A stretch of DNA of 64,000 bases from Amoebidium appalachense (Eukaryota; Protista; Ichthyosporea): contig CAVNZM010000007.1 of NCBI GenBank assembly GCA_963693365.1, positions 2,279,979 through 2,343,978 of the forward strand, read 5' to 3'. Both the position numbers and the translations under genes were made by a program. The notes beneath the pieces were generated by a model. It saw only the letters and a list, made by a program, of their open reading frames with translations. It did no database searches and was not told where the DNA came from. Positions 1 through 12,385 of this stretch are shown piece by piece (position 1 is the stretch's first letter; every line of letters starts with the position of its first letter).

Positions 1-103
1 CCCCCCCCCCCCCCCCCTCTCCCGGCCGCCGTTGATTAGTTCTTATTTTATGCCGTTTTATGCCGTGACCAGATAACCTAATATTCTCCTAAAAATTTTG
101 TAG

Positions 104-964
104 GAGTTCGCAGACCAGCTGGGGATTCCGTTCCTCGAGACCAGTGCCAAGAACGCAACCAACGTCGAGCAGGCCTTCATGACGATGGCTGCCGAGATCA
201 AGAACAGGTACATGCCCGGCCTACTGCCAAACATTCACGTGCCGCGTACACGCACATGCATACACACACACTTACACATGCACGCACACACACGCCTGCA
301 CATGCACACGCACACCGAGACCCACATACACAATGCACACATCCACACACCCACACAACCGCTATCACCACACTTGCATATATGCGAGCTCGTGTTGTGT
401 ATGCATGGTGCTTGCATGTGCACGTGTGTGTTTGTTTATTTACTTGCTTCGTATGTGCTCCTGTGTTCCGTCTGTGCACAAAGTACCACCATAACCATGA
501 TGGTTGCTTTTTGACTAGCACGATCAAGACGCGTACGCATTGAAAACACCCACACACAGTAGCACACATACACACACACAGGCACATCCACACGTAAGCA
601 CGCGCACGCACACATAAGCGCACACACTAGCCCACACGTACGCATGTGCGCGCACACACACATGCACATGCACATGCACACGGCCCGTACATGCAAGAGT
701 AGAGTCAAGACTCAGGCACACATACCATGCTCAACGGTGTACTAACACTCATGCTTGTTCTTTCTGTCCTCCTGCTCGTTTTTGTGTTATGTGTGATTGT
801 GTCCTTTTGTGACAACCACCAGCTTACAAAACCAACACATCTTGGCCGCCGGGAAGGACACATACGAGAAGGGGATAAACACACATGCGCCCACATACAC
901 AAACATTAAGGCACATCAACACACACACACACGCACACGCACGTACTCATGCACACGCACACAC

Positions 965-1007
<43 letters not shown>

Positions 1008-1319
1008 TGCACTTGCATGCACACATAAACACACGGAGCACACACACATACGCATACACATACACAGCTTACAGGTACACGCTCACGGACACAATCCAAT
1101 AAGTTTTCACTACTGTAATTTTGCACGGACACCACTCCGAGAACATCACGCACAGATGCGGGCATTGTGGCAGAAACGTGGCCGAAGCATTCATTCATGC
1201 ATACACACTCGTGCCGCACACTCGTGCACACACAAATTGAAGAGCCATGTACACAAAAAACTCTTGGAGATTTCCATCTGACCCACCGTTGTTGTTTTCT
1301 GCTGTTGGTTTCATCAGGA

Positions 1320-1367
<48 letters not shown>

Positions 1368-1574
1368 AGTTGGGTTTCGTTAACGAGGGGAATAGGTCGA
1401 AACTCGGGTACTGTGGATGACGTGGGCCCCCCCTGAGGATGGGCTCTGCTTATTATGCATACTCTTTATGTATGGCTTGCATTCTGCATCGTGTTATCCG
1501 TTTGTTCTTGTGTACTTCGTACTTTTTGACGCATTCAAACCCCCCCCCCCCCCCCCCCCCCCTCTCCCCGGGGT

Positions 1575-1616
<42 letters not shown>

Positions 1617-2219
1617 TCACCGAACGCACATCATTCCTACCGTCCCCCTTCCCTCCCCCCTGACCCTTGCCCTTGATGCAAGCTTGTGTGTTCGTTATTA
1701 ATATTCATTGCATGCTATACAGTGTGATTAACTGTTGCTATTTTGGTCGCACACTACAAGAAGTGTTCATGCACTGGGATCTCCTGGTGTGCACCTGTGC
1801 CACGGTGTGCATGCTTTGCTTGGCTTTGGGTGTCTGATGCGATCTGCACCTTTTCGTCTATTTGGTGAATACCAGTTTTGTTCAGCGCAAGGCATTCTAT
1901 CCCCCCCCCCCCCCCCCCCCCCCCCCCCCTTCCCCTCCTCCCCTCCTCCCCCCGCGGCTCGCCCGCCCGCCTGCCCCCCTTCCACCCCGCGGCTCCTGTT
2001 TTGCTCTGCATTTCATTGCGACCGTTTCCTTTTGCTCCAGCACACCACGAGGCACAGGGTTTTTTTTCTTAACCCACTTAAGTTAACCCACACGTGTAAC
2101 ACACCCATTGACAAAAAATTTTAAACAGGATGGGTGCGCCGTCTGTACAAAACAAGGACGCCAAGGTCTCTCTGGGCCCGTCTCAGGCGGTCAAACCCCA
2201 AGATGGTGGCTGCTGTTAA
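104..2219 (+). CDS. RAB1: Rab1/Ypt1 small GTPase, last two exons (5' part lies upstream of the window)
   Basis: Exon 104-207 (tag|...ag|gtacat) encodes [35 protein letters not shown], with the G5 ETSAK motif in Rab1-typical context. Exon 2129-2219 (cag|) encodes [29 protein letters not shown], ending in a CC geranylgeranylation motif. Splice phases are compatible. Confidence 0.96.
1367..1539 (+). mobile_element. 5'-truncated copy of poly(C)-associated retroposon-like repeat (Rab1 intron)
   Basis: Near-identical to the 3' parts of the copies at 50417-50626 and 52501-52712. Begins directly after a ~45-nt C-run and ends ...gacgcattcaaa followed by poly(C). Confidence 0.8.
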
Positions 2220-3097
2220 AGAAAAAAAAACCCCTCTACCTACCCCCTGTATGTTGGATCCCCCCTCGGTGTGGTTTCTTCTTACGAGACGGCATACCGA
2301 GTCCAAATAGATTTGTGCATAGTAATGACGTATTACCGTGATGGTTGTTTCTGGAAAAAAAGTAGTTTTGTTTTCTGTAGTATGTTTAATTAGCAAATTT
2401 TGACTCTGGAGTTGTGGGTGAAAATCTGATATAGCGCATTAAAAAATGTACGTGGTGCTGTTTTGTGGATATGCTCCGCCCTGTGGGTATTGGCTGACTC
2501 GAAGAGGGGTGTTGACGGTCCGCAAGCAATAAATGGCAATGAAAATTTCGTGGTTGCAAGACCTCGTACGGTAGTGTCTGTTGTCTGGCGTGCACTGCCA
2601 GGTGGTATTCAGAATGTGCATGTATACATGCGCGGGCAACTTGGTGGGTGCTGTCAATCAGTTGACACTGCATGAGCACGCGCGCGCACGTGTGTTTTCT
2701 TTCTTCCTCTTTTAAAAAAAAATTTTTTTAAAAAAAAGAAGAAGGAGGGGGGGGGGGGGGGGGTTACATGTGTGCGTGTGTGTGTACATGCAACAGATGT
2801 AGTGTGTGTGTGTGTGTGGTGGTGGTGGTGGGGGGGGGGGGGGGGGGGGGGGGGGGTTACATGACGTGTGTTGTGTGTACATGCAACGTCAGATGTAATG
2901 TGAGTGACTACGAGCACGTGCGTGTCGTGATGATGTAAAAGATGTGGTGGTGAATATCAAACTGTGTATGGATGTGTGACTGTGTGTGCGACTCGGGTGA
3001 TCACCGTTTGTGTACGCGTGAAAAGTGTGCAGCTGAACCGTGCAAATGTGTGTGTAAAAATTTCAATCTGCGCTGACTGCGTTATGTCTGATTGACA

Positions 3098-3146
3098 ATG
3101 TGTGTGTGTGTGTTTGTAGATGTGTGTGTGCGCGCGCACTCACAGT

Positions 3147-3211
<65 letters not shown>

Positions 3212-3236
3212 ACGCGTTCGTGTGCGTGCGTGCGTG

Positions 3237-3275
<39 letters not shown>

Positions 3276-3300
3276 ACGCGTTCGTGTGCGTGCGTGCGTG

Positions 3301-3339
<39 letters not shown>

Positions 3340-3378
3340 ACTGTGTGTGTGTGTGCGTGTGTGTGTGTGTGTGCGTGT
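3098..3378. repeat. compound (GT)n microsatellite (representative; dozens of similar tracts occur in the window)
   Basis: Long gtgtgt runs interrupted by gcac/gcgt units, with an internal duplication of cacgcgttcgtgtgcgtgcgtgcgtgcatg. Confidence 0.95.
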
Positions 3379-4993
3379 TTAACGCGCTGACTGTGTGCTT
3401 GTGTGCCTGTAGCTATCAACATATGCATATGCATGCATATGCAGGTGGATGGACATGTTTGCTATTTACAATAGGACGGTCGTCGGTCGGGGTACTAATG
3501 TTGGGGGTTTTGCGGCAAGTTAATGCGCCGCGTGTACCCTCATGCATATATTTATTCAGTAACTGGATAGAATGGCCATAGATGAATGATGGCCGGAGCA
3601 ATGCCATGAAGTTGCTCAGCAAACTGAGCGAAAATATGAAAGCAGCCCGGTTCACTTCACATGCACAATCGAGTGGAACTTATCATGAGGCTCGACTCAA
3701 GATCTAGACACCCTGGACACGTGGGGTAAATCCAAAAGCTAACTCGAGAGACACCCGGGCGGGATAAATCCTAAAAACATATGGTTGTGCATGTGTTACA
3801 CATGCATGGGAAAGAACTCCTCTGTTTGTGACACAGTTCGCAGGAAAGTCACAGGGGGCGGCCCGCGAGCCCACGACCGGGTATACGTGTACTGCACCCG
3901 TGTCAATCAGCCGCGTTGGGTGCAGTTTTAGCCAATCAATTTGCGCCAATGGTGGCGCCCCAATGGTATGCAACGATTGGCTCGATAAACAAGCACCGAG
4001 CTATTTTCGTTCTCATTTCGCGCAATTTAATTGGCTGTATTGTTACGCGACAAATGATTGGATCACCTTTAGGCCCTTGTCATGATCGGCGATCCGCCGC
4101 GGTGACATAGCGTGCAGGTTTTCCATGATTCTATATTTACCATTAATCTATCACACAAATATCCAAGAATAAGGAAGTTCCCTCGGTGTTAAACACCGTG
4201 TACATGTGTAGCACCGTATACGACCCCTGCCCCGCATTCAATGAGGAAGTAAAATACTGCCCCGGTCAATTAGTTTACTTCAAACGACACAAATATATCG
4301 TCTGGATTTTTTGACCAGCTACTTGTGACATGTATTTACATATATTCGAATTTATTCATTGGGACAAATTTAAATCGTATGAAAAAAAAGTTAAAGTGCC
4401 GGTGGGACGGAACCACAACTACTGTATTCTTTTCTTTAGTCACTACGATAATTCGAACAATTAGAGAAGTTTGATATGCAAGCAATAATCAGATAATGTA
4501 TAGGTACAAAAGATTTTATGTACTCAGTTATCATTCGTAGCATTACTTGCATCCCACATCATGGGCCATTTTGGAAAATCTGGAAGGTCTAGATATATCC
4601 CGTCTAGCCTGAAATTTGTTGTTTTGAGTAATCACAAAGCGGCGCACCCAGGAGCCCGGTCACTGGGGCGTTACGCAACAGGCCGCCGCTTGGCTTGCAA
4701 CAGCTCGAGTCAGTAAACGTTCTTCGCGGTGCACTACTGTACATAGATCACATGTGAATGTGAAAGTGGAAGAGATCACTAAATATAAAATTGTATAGTA
4801 TATAATACCAAAGTCTACTCATCGCTATTAGTGAATAACACTTTTGGCCCTTGATACAGAAAACACGTAGAATATCTAAAAAGTTCACACAGTGTCACAC
4901 AATTGCAAGGTCCCATCGTTACATCCTGCACTGTAACGTAGCAAGAGGCAGCACTTTATTATTATCATTATTATTATTTTGAAACGTTTCAAA

Positions 4994-6474
4994 ATGCTTG
5001 CAGCCACCAAAATTGAGGGGGCCCCAGAGGTTAGCTCGGAAGGCAGCAGACCATGGGGCTTTGCAAAGAAAGTTTTCGGTTCTTCGCAATCAAACACCCA
5101 AACCAAAAACACCCCTGCGAATCTTGGGGAAAATGCCGAAGTTGACAACGGGAACAAAGAAAAGAAAACAAAGAAACCGTTCCAGTTGAATCTCACATGG
5201 GGAAAGAAAACAAGCAAACAGCAACAATCAAGCAACGTGAGCAATGAAAGTCACGAGAGTCCCGTCTCATCCCCGGACCAACCCATGTCCCCAAGTCCAA
5301 CCTCTCCACTCACCAAGAGCGCGACGTTCTACTCTTCACCGCATGCATCGATGCTTCGACGACCAACCGTTAGTTCTTTAGACACTCCCGCCCTTTCTTC
5401 TACGCTTCGGTCGCCACACCCAACACGCAGTAGCCAACCGACTATAGTAACTAGACGCCCACGCGCGCAAAGTGAGTGTGCGTTGCATGCCCGCAGGCCT
5501 ACATTGGCAACTAGTGATGTGCACCCGCCTAGGTCCCCTCAACCATACCCACACACACCAAGTATGAGACCAGGTTCTGCTGGGTTTTTTGCCCGCAGCA
5601 TGCCTGCCTCACCCAAAACGGTGGGTTCGCTCGAGAACATCGCTCTCACAGCACCCATCCCCAATCCAAGCAGTGTGCGATCAAATACTATTTCCGCACA
5701 ATCACGATCCAATCTCTCTGGTGATGATGTTTGCCCCATGTCCCCACCTCTCACCAAAAGGTCACCTCTCGCACCAAAACGACAAATATCTCACAGGCGT
5801 GTACAGTCCGAAAGCTCGGCTACCATCAATCGCACCGTTCAGCATGTTCTTCCTGCCAACAACAGATCGGATGCAACGCCACCAGGTACAGATGGATCGA
5901 GGACAGAACAAACGCCAATCAACGAAACCCCTTTTTCTCGGCTTACGGCGCAAACAACGCCTATTACAAGGCATAGTGTTTGCGATCTGCGATCGACGAT
6001 GAGTGAGAAACCAGCGCGGGCTTTCAATTCCCCACTGGCGCCCCGGCGAGGCTCAATTCTGAAACAGGAGCTTATTACACAGAGCAGCGAATTTACCCCC
6101 CGTCGACAAAGGGCAGCATGCAAAACGTACTTCAAAGTGTACAAACATCTACGTGTAGCGATGACGAGATTCACGATCCGTTCATCACGGAGGACGTTAT
6201 GCGGTTGAATACTTTGGCGCAGGGTTTGGTTTATTTGACTATTAGTGATCTGCAAGGGGTAAAGGAAGCATTGACTAAGGCGATCGAGGCAAATACCGAT
6301 GACTTGCTAAATTTGGAAAAGGAGCACGATGCCATTTTACGCAAAAAGCAAGAGCAGGAGCTCTGGCTGCAGTTAGCCAATCAGACGTCGTTTTTGGGTG
6401 GCGACGAAGGTGTCGTTAAAGGTGCCGTTAATGGTAGTGATGTTGCAGTTGATGTGGAACTGCGAGGCAGATAG
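4994..6474 (+). CDS. intronless Ser/Pro/Arg-rich disordered protein with C-terminal coiled coil (~490 aa; one apparent 1-nt frameshift near 6110)
   Basis: ATG at 4994 (MLAATKIEG...) lies in the 409-aa ORF. ORF 6118-6474 continues in another frame; adding one G in 'caaagggcagcatg' gives ...RRQRGSMQNVLQ.... The C-terminus has heptad pattern LTISDLQGVKEALTKAIEANTDDLLNLEKEHDAILRKKQEQELWL. Confidence 0.75.
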
Positions 6475-6769
6475 GTTAAACTAGTGGCAACCTTTTTCTG
6501 AGTATTGCATTTACGTTAGATTGTGTAGTTTGGAACTTGTCAACTGGCCAACGTTAGCATTAGGTGTTTCACACGTCACTGTTCAGTACACATTTTGCTT
6601 CCTCGTATTCACGATGTGCGAGGGTTTGTAAAAATATACCGGACACGCTAGGGCAACTGGAAGTTCTGAGTTTGAGTAAAGACAAAGTCGGGCTTAAACA
6701 GTGACTTCAATGTTACTCATCCATGGTGCTAACTGTGGTACACACATGTCCCCCGCATCCTCCTCCCCC

Positions 6770-6800
<31 letters not shown>

Positions 6801-6923
6801 ACCAAGAAAAAAAAAAAAAAAAAAAAAAAAGCACACACACTCTCAAGACTCCGTGTGCATCTGTGCTTGTGTGTGTATGCGCACGGGCGGGCGGGCGCGG
6901 GCGTGATACTGTGTGCGTCATAC

Positions 6924-6963
<40 letters not shown>

Positions 6964-6979
6964 TTGTGTGTGTGTGTGC

Positions 6980-7085
<106 letters not shown>

Positions 7086-8351
7086 ACGCGCGCAAATGTG
7101 TGTGTGCCTTTACGTGTGTATGTGTGCATGCTTTTGGTTGTGTGTGCCGCTAACATAGGGTGGCACAGCGTGCACGTTCTGTGTGCCTGTGTGACGATGT
7201 GCCTTTTGTAATGTGTGATTGCCATATGTGTGGTCTGTGAAAAACACCCAACATCGATATGTATCAGCTCCAACACACTTGTGGCCGCTTATTTCCCCCA
7301 AGGCTGTTATTTTATTTTTTTCCCGATCCGGTGTTGTCCCTAGTGGAAACCTCCAACGTGTCCCTCACAGGACTACCGTCTTGCACTAAGCACCATACCC
7401 TATCTAGGGTGCTCAATGTGCACTCGGCTGCAAGGCTTGCCTATCATAATGCTTTACCAACCCTAATTTGTCATATTAGTGCACACTTAGCCCAGGGGTT
7501 TTTCTCCCGGCCTCGCTAGTGTGGAGTGTATGTTAGCCTCTAGCCCCCCTCTCCCTCCCCCCCCCTTCCACACACACACACACACACCTAGAACCATATC
7601 AATAGAAAGTATACACGGGCTTCGCTCTCCGTGTGTGTGCCAGCGTGCGTGTGTGTGTCCTGCACAGTCTCTGCTTGTGTGGTACGATATGTACACCTGT
7701 GTTTGTTTGTGTGTTTGTGTGTTTTTGTGGAGGGGGGTGAATGCAGGGTTGGTGGTTGCCACGTGTGCAAGTGTGCATGTCTGTATTTGGGTGTACATGT
7801 GTGTGTGTGTGTGTGCCTGTGTGATATTATTAAGGTGTGTGCGCGCTTGAGTTTTTCGTGTGTGTGCGTTTGTGTTTGTGTATGTGTAATTACCTGTCTG
7901 TGTGTGTGCTGGTGGTGTGTGTCGTGGACGTATGGGTTTTGTGCGTGAACCTGCCACGGTACATGTACCAGTGTGTTACACAGTGAAGTTGCAATCTCAT
8001 AGATAGCACTCCAACTAGTGTACTGTCGGTGCTGTGTGGAAGACGGTAGTTTCCCTAGAGGGTCTGCAAAGACCCTCCGGGAACAAAACGTGATTTAAAA
8101 AAAAAAAAAAACAGTGCTTGCAATGTGCGTACGTGCACACTTATGTGCGTCGGCGTCTATGCGTGTATATATGCGTTTGTACATGCATGTGCGTCCGCGC
8201 GCGCGTGTGTGCTTTAAAACTGCTTTTGTGTGTGTGTGCGTCTGTATGGGCGGGTATATGTGCATCTGTATCACGCGCGTGTCACGAGTTTGCCCCAGGT
8301 TGTGTTGGTGTGCACACGTGCTTGCTTGTGTGTGGCGATGGTGTGTGCTGC

Positions 8352-8437
<86 letters not shown>

Positions 8438-8889
8438 CGTGTGCGCGTGTGTGTGTGTGTGTGTGCGCGCGCGTACGTGTGTCCGTGTGGTGTGTGTGCG
8501 TATGTGCGTGCGTGTGTGTTAGTGGTTGGGTGTGTGCATCCTTTTGGGCGTTTGTGTGTGTTTTTGTGTGTTTGTGTGTGTGTGTGGCACCTTGTGAAGG
8601 TGTTTGTGTGCGTGCGCGTGTCTGTGCGTGTGTGCCTGTGAAATTTGCAGGTGCGTTGTTCGCGCGTGTGCAGTATAAAAGTGCGTGCTTCATGCCTTGC
8701 CACCTGCAAACCATTTTCACGATCAATGTTCAGTACTCACGCAAGTCACGGACACGAACTTCAGAACACTTTTGGAGGCTCACAAGCACAGCCACTGTCA
8801 CGCACGCACAGTGTCGCACACCTTTCCCGGTCCCACTCACCGAGACCCACACACTTCAGTGAGCCATGTCATGTTGCCCGCCTAGGCTT

Positions 8890-9003
8890 GCCAATCAAAA
8901 TTTAGCTGCGTGTTCATTGGATCAAAGAGATCCAATCATAATTCTGTATTTTAGTGAACCAATCAGAAAGAGCAAGTTCAAAAAGCCGCAGGTTGTTGAT
9001 TGG
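8890..9003 (+). promoter_or_regulatory. cluster of five CCAAT/ATTGG boxes upstream of the 9138 gene
   Basis: gccaatca (8890), cattgg (8915), tccaatca (8931), accaatca (8958) and gattgg (8998), within 250 bp of the ATG. Confidence 0.5.
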
Positions 9004-9137
9004 TTCCTTCTTTCAAGCTCGTTCAGCCCAGGTTGTCCCTCCCTCAGATTGAAGTTCAACAGCTTCCCCGTTTGGACTTTCACTTCACTTCGTCGTTTTC
9101 GTCAACACAGCAGGCTAGACTTCGCTCGAGCCACACA

Positions 9138-9699
9138 ATGGGAGTCATCGAGAGCACCAAGCAGGCGTTGGTTTTGGCGCTGGTTGCGCTCACATACACA
9201 GGTGGGTTAGGTCCCACATTCACGTTCGGAGTCTGCTTCGAATTGTAGATGCGTCATCAATGCGTATGCAAGCCCTATGCCTCAGCACACACGAACACAG
9301 CACACACGAACACAGCACCTGCAGAAATGTTTAAACACGAGACAGACGCGTAGTACTAGGCACATGTTTTTGCAAAGGTCGATTGCGCATGCGTGTTTGG
9401 GCTTGTTGTGCGTTTGCGTGCGTGCATGTGTGTGTGCGTGTGTGCGTGTGTGCGTGTGTGCGTTCGTATGCGTACGTGCTCGACCGAAGTTTGTGTGTGC
9501 ATGTGTCTGTGTGTTCGTGTGGTTGCGTGTGGGTGCATGTGGGTGCGTGTGGGTGCTTGGGTGTGCATGTGCTTGTGTGAAAATGTGTGTACGTATGTAC
9601 GTATGTACGTATGTACGTGTGTGTGTACGTGTAGCTGTGCACGTGTTTTCGTGAGTTCGTGTGTGTGTGTACATCACAAGCGCACAGCCACAAAGACAC

Positions 9700-9766
<67 letters not shown>

Positions 9767-10496
9767 TGTGTGTGTGTGTGTGGCTGCCAGTGTGTGAGAT
9801 CTTTTCTGCCTAGAATCAATAGGTAGCCTTTGCATGTCACAAACGCAGAACAGCCCGTTACGAAGCACACCCGCAATAGTTATAGGAAAGCGTTTAGTAT
9901 TTGGCCATCCTATGATATTCCCAAAACAGTCACATGATAGCAATTATGGTGATCCTTCACAGCAAAGACGCACATCTGACATCTCCCCGTGTTCTTCCAA
10001 TGCAGATGTGGCCAGCTCAAGACCCACACGCCGAGCCAATTTCGGTAGGTTACAGGAGTCTCACAGCTGTCAAGATATATTTCATGTTATAGATAATCCC
10101 CCCTCCCTCCCCCCCCCACCCCCCCTCCTCCCCATACCCTCTTTCTCTCTCTCCTCCAGCACACAAACAAATGTATGTAAAAGCACACACATGCACGTAT
10201 GCAAACACGCACGTACGCACGCACGTGCGCACACACGCACACACGGGTGCATGCATTCACACGTAAGCAAACACGCACACAGGCATGGACACTCGGGTGT
10301 CCGTGCACGCATGCACACACACGCACACACACACCCGTGCAAACGTGAGTGCACGGGCGCGCGATCACACACACACAAACGAACACAAACACACACACAA
10401 ACACAGAAACATATACACACACAAACACAAGAACACACCCCAAAGTTTTATCCGTCGTACACACGCGCAGACACTTGAGAAGGAGTGCAAGATGGG

Positions 10497-10582
<86 letters not shown>

Positions 10583-12300
10583 CCCCCCCCCCCCCCCCTC
10601 CCCCCCCCCCCCCCCCCCCCAAAAAAAGAGGGGGGGGGGGGAGGGGGGATAGAACACACACCGTGGCCCACACCAGGCCGCCCACATAACCCCCCACTCG
10701 TCCTTCCCCTCTCCAACCCGTCCTATAGACAAAACACACCAAAAACTAAAAGAAAAACTTACCGAAACAGGAGGCAAACTCTTGCAGTTAGAACTAGACT
10801 GCGAGGGTACACGTGACACAAATCAGCAATGGACCCCCTCCTGTGTCGCAAATCTCTGGGCCACTATGGGCTGTACCGCACCCCTCTCCGGCAGGCTGTA
10901 CTCAGAACTTAGATCCGAGGAGAATTTCAAATCGCTCGCTGATGAGATCTATGAGGTCTACCAGGATGCGGAATGGGGTGATCAGAAGGTCCGTGTTTTC
11001 TTGTTTCACCCTCTCTTTCCCCTTCGCCACTCTCTCCCCTTGCCACCCTTCGCTCCTAGCCCATCTCATTTCTCACTCTTGCCCCCCCCCCCCCCCTCCT
11101 GCCCCCCTCCCCCCCCTATACGCGGGCTAAGGGGTTGAAACTCAGACGCAATTGATGACTTGGGCCCTACCTGAGGATGGGCTCTGCTTATGACGCATAC
11201 TGTGCGCATGGCTGATGTTGCATACTTGAATGTTTGCCTTTGCATGTGTCCTTCGTGTATGCGTACTTCGTACCGTGTTCCGCATTCAAACCCCCCCTCC
11301 CCACCCCCCACCCCCCAACACACACTGGCCCAAAGCTGGAGCTGTCGGGGTTTTCCTGAAAGAACTCACTGGAACTTGCAATAACGCAAAAGGTTATCTC
11401 ACTACCGCATTATATCTCATGACCAGTCCATTGCCGGACAAAGTAATTTTCAAATGCAGGTACTGCTATCCACTCAATATCAAATTTATTCTGCTTTCTG
11501 GAATTGTTGTATTTTATGGTGCATTCAATCTACAAACTTTCAGTGATAGAGAGTTCAACCGATGGCCTTGGCGAGGCCTCAAAGGAGCAGCCAACATAGT
11601 CAATTTTCCTAAAACACAATACACACATGATTGTTGGGAATAAGTGACAGGAAATTTAAATACAGTAATATAAACTCAAGGTGATGTTATGGCCAATGTA
11701 TTGTACGGGGGCCCCCCGGCGCCGGATGGGTATACATAAATCAGACAGATAAAGGGAAGTAAAAAGAAGTAAATATCTCCGGACAAATATAGGCGGCGAT
11801 TCGCCAGGTGCCAAAATACAGTAATCCTAAAATGTAATTTCTAGCCCTGATACACCGGAAGCATATTTCCTGTGATTTTTGACCCCTAGGTTCTTGTTAC
11901 CAGGTTCGGAAACCGTTCAAACCGCAGCACAGTGTTTATGGTGCTCATACCGACAGATATTGTTTGTCTGGTGTCAATCGGGTTTGTCCGTGTAGAGCGG
12001 AGTAGGACATCTCCCGGTGGTAGTGGTGCTCTGAGTATTGGGGGATACCTGGGAAAGGTAGAAATGAGCAGAGGAAAGAGGTCGGTGGGTTGGGGATAGG
12101 GAGGGAGGAAGGGAAGGAGGGGAAGCGGGAGGGGGGGGGGGGGGGGGGGGGGGAGGGAGATATGGGAAGGCAAATCGCTCAAACGGGCGTATGCAGGAAG
12201 ATGAGCTGTGTCTGCTTTACGTTTAATTCGATAGGGAGGAGGAAGGGGAGGGTGGGTTGGTCAATGTTGTTATGGGTGCGGGGGTGGGGGCGGCGGGGGT

Positions 12301-12334
<34 letters not shown>

Positions 12335-12354
12335 GGAGAGGGGGTAGGGAGTGT

Positions 12355-12385
<31 letters not shown>

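Noticed and set aside
1321-1366. Poly(G)/poly(C) runs as pure sequencing artefact
   Set aside because: The runs occur on both strands, are interspersed with T/A, are positioned relative to splice sites and stay out of coding exons. Their exact lengths are still unreliable.
1395-1445. Hammerhead ribozyme in the repeat (GAAAC...GTA...CTGAGGA)
   Set aside because: Core-like words are present, but the bases flanking the core do not form stems I and II.
1415-1455. SECIS or C/D snoRNA reading of the repeat core (GATGA...CTGA)
   Set aside because: No apical AA or 3' GA quartet for SECIS. The C-to-D spacing is too short for a snoRNA, and the copies are variably truncated like a retroposon.
11505-11531. 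ttttatggtgcattcaatc as another repeat 3' end
   Set aside because: The match is too short and is not followed by poly(C).
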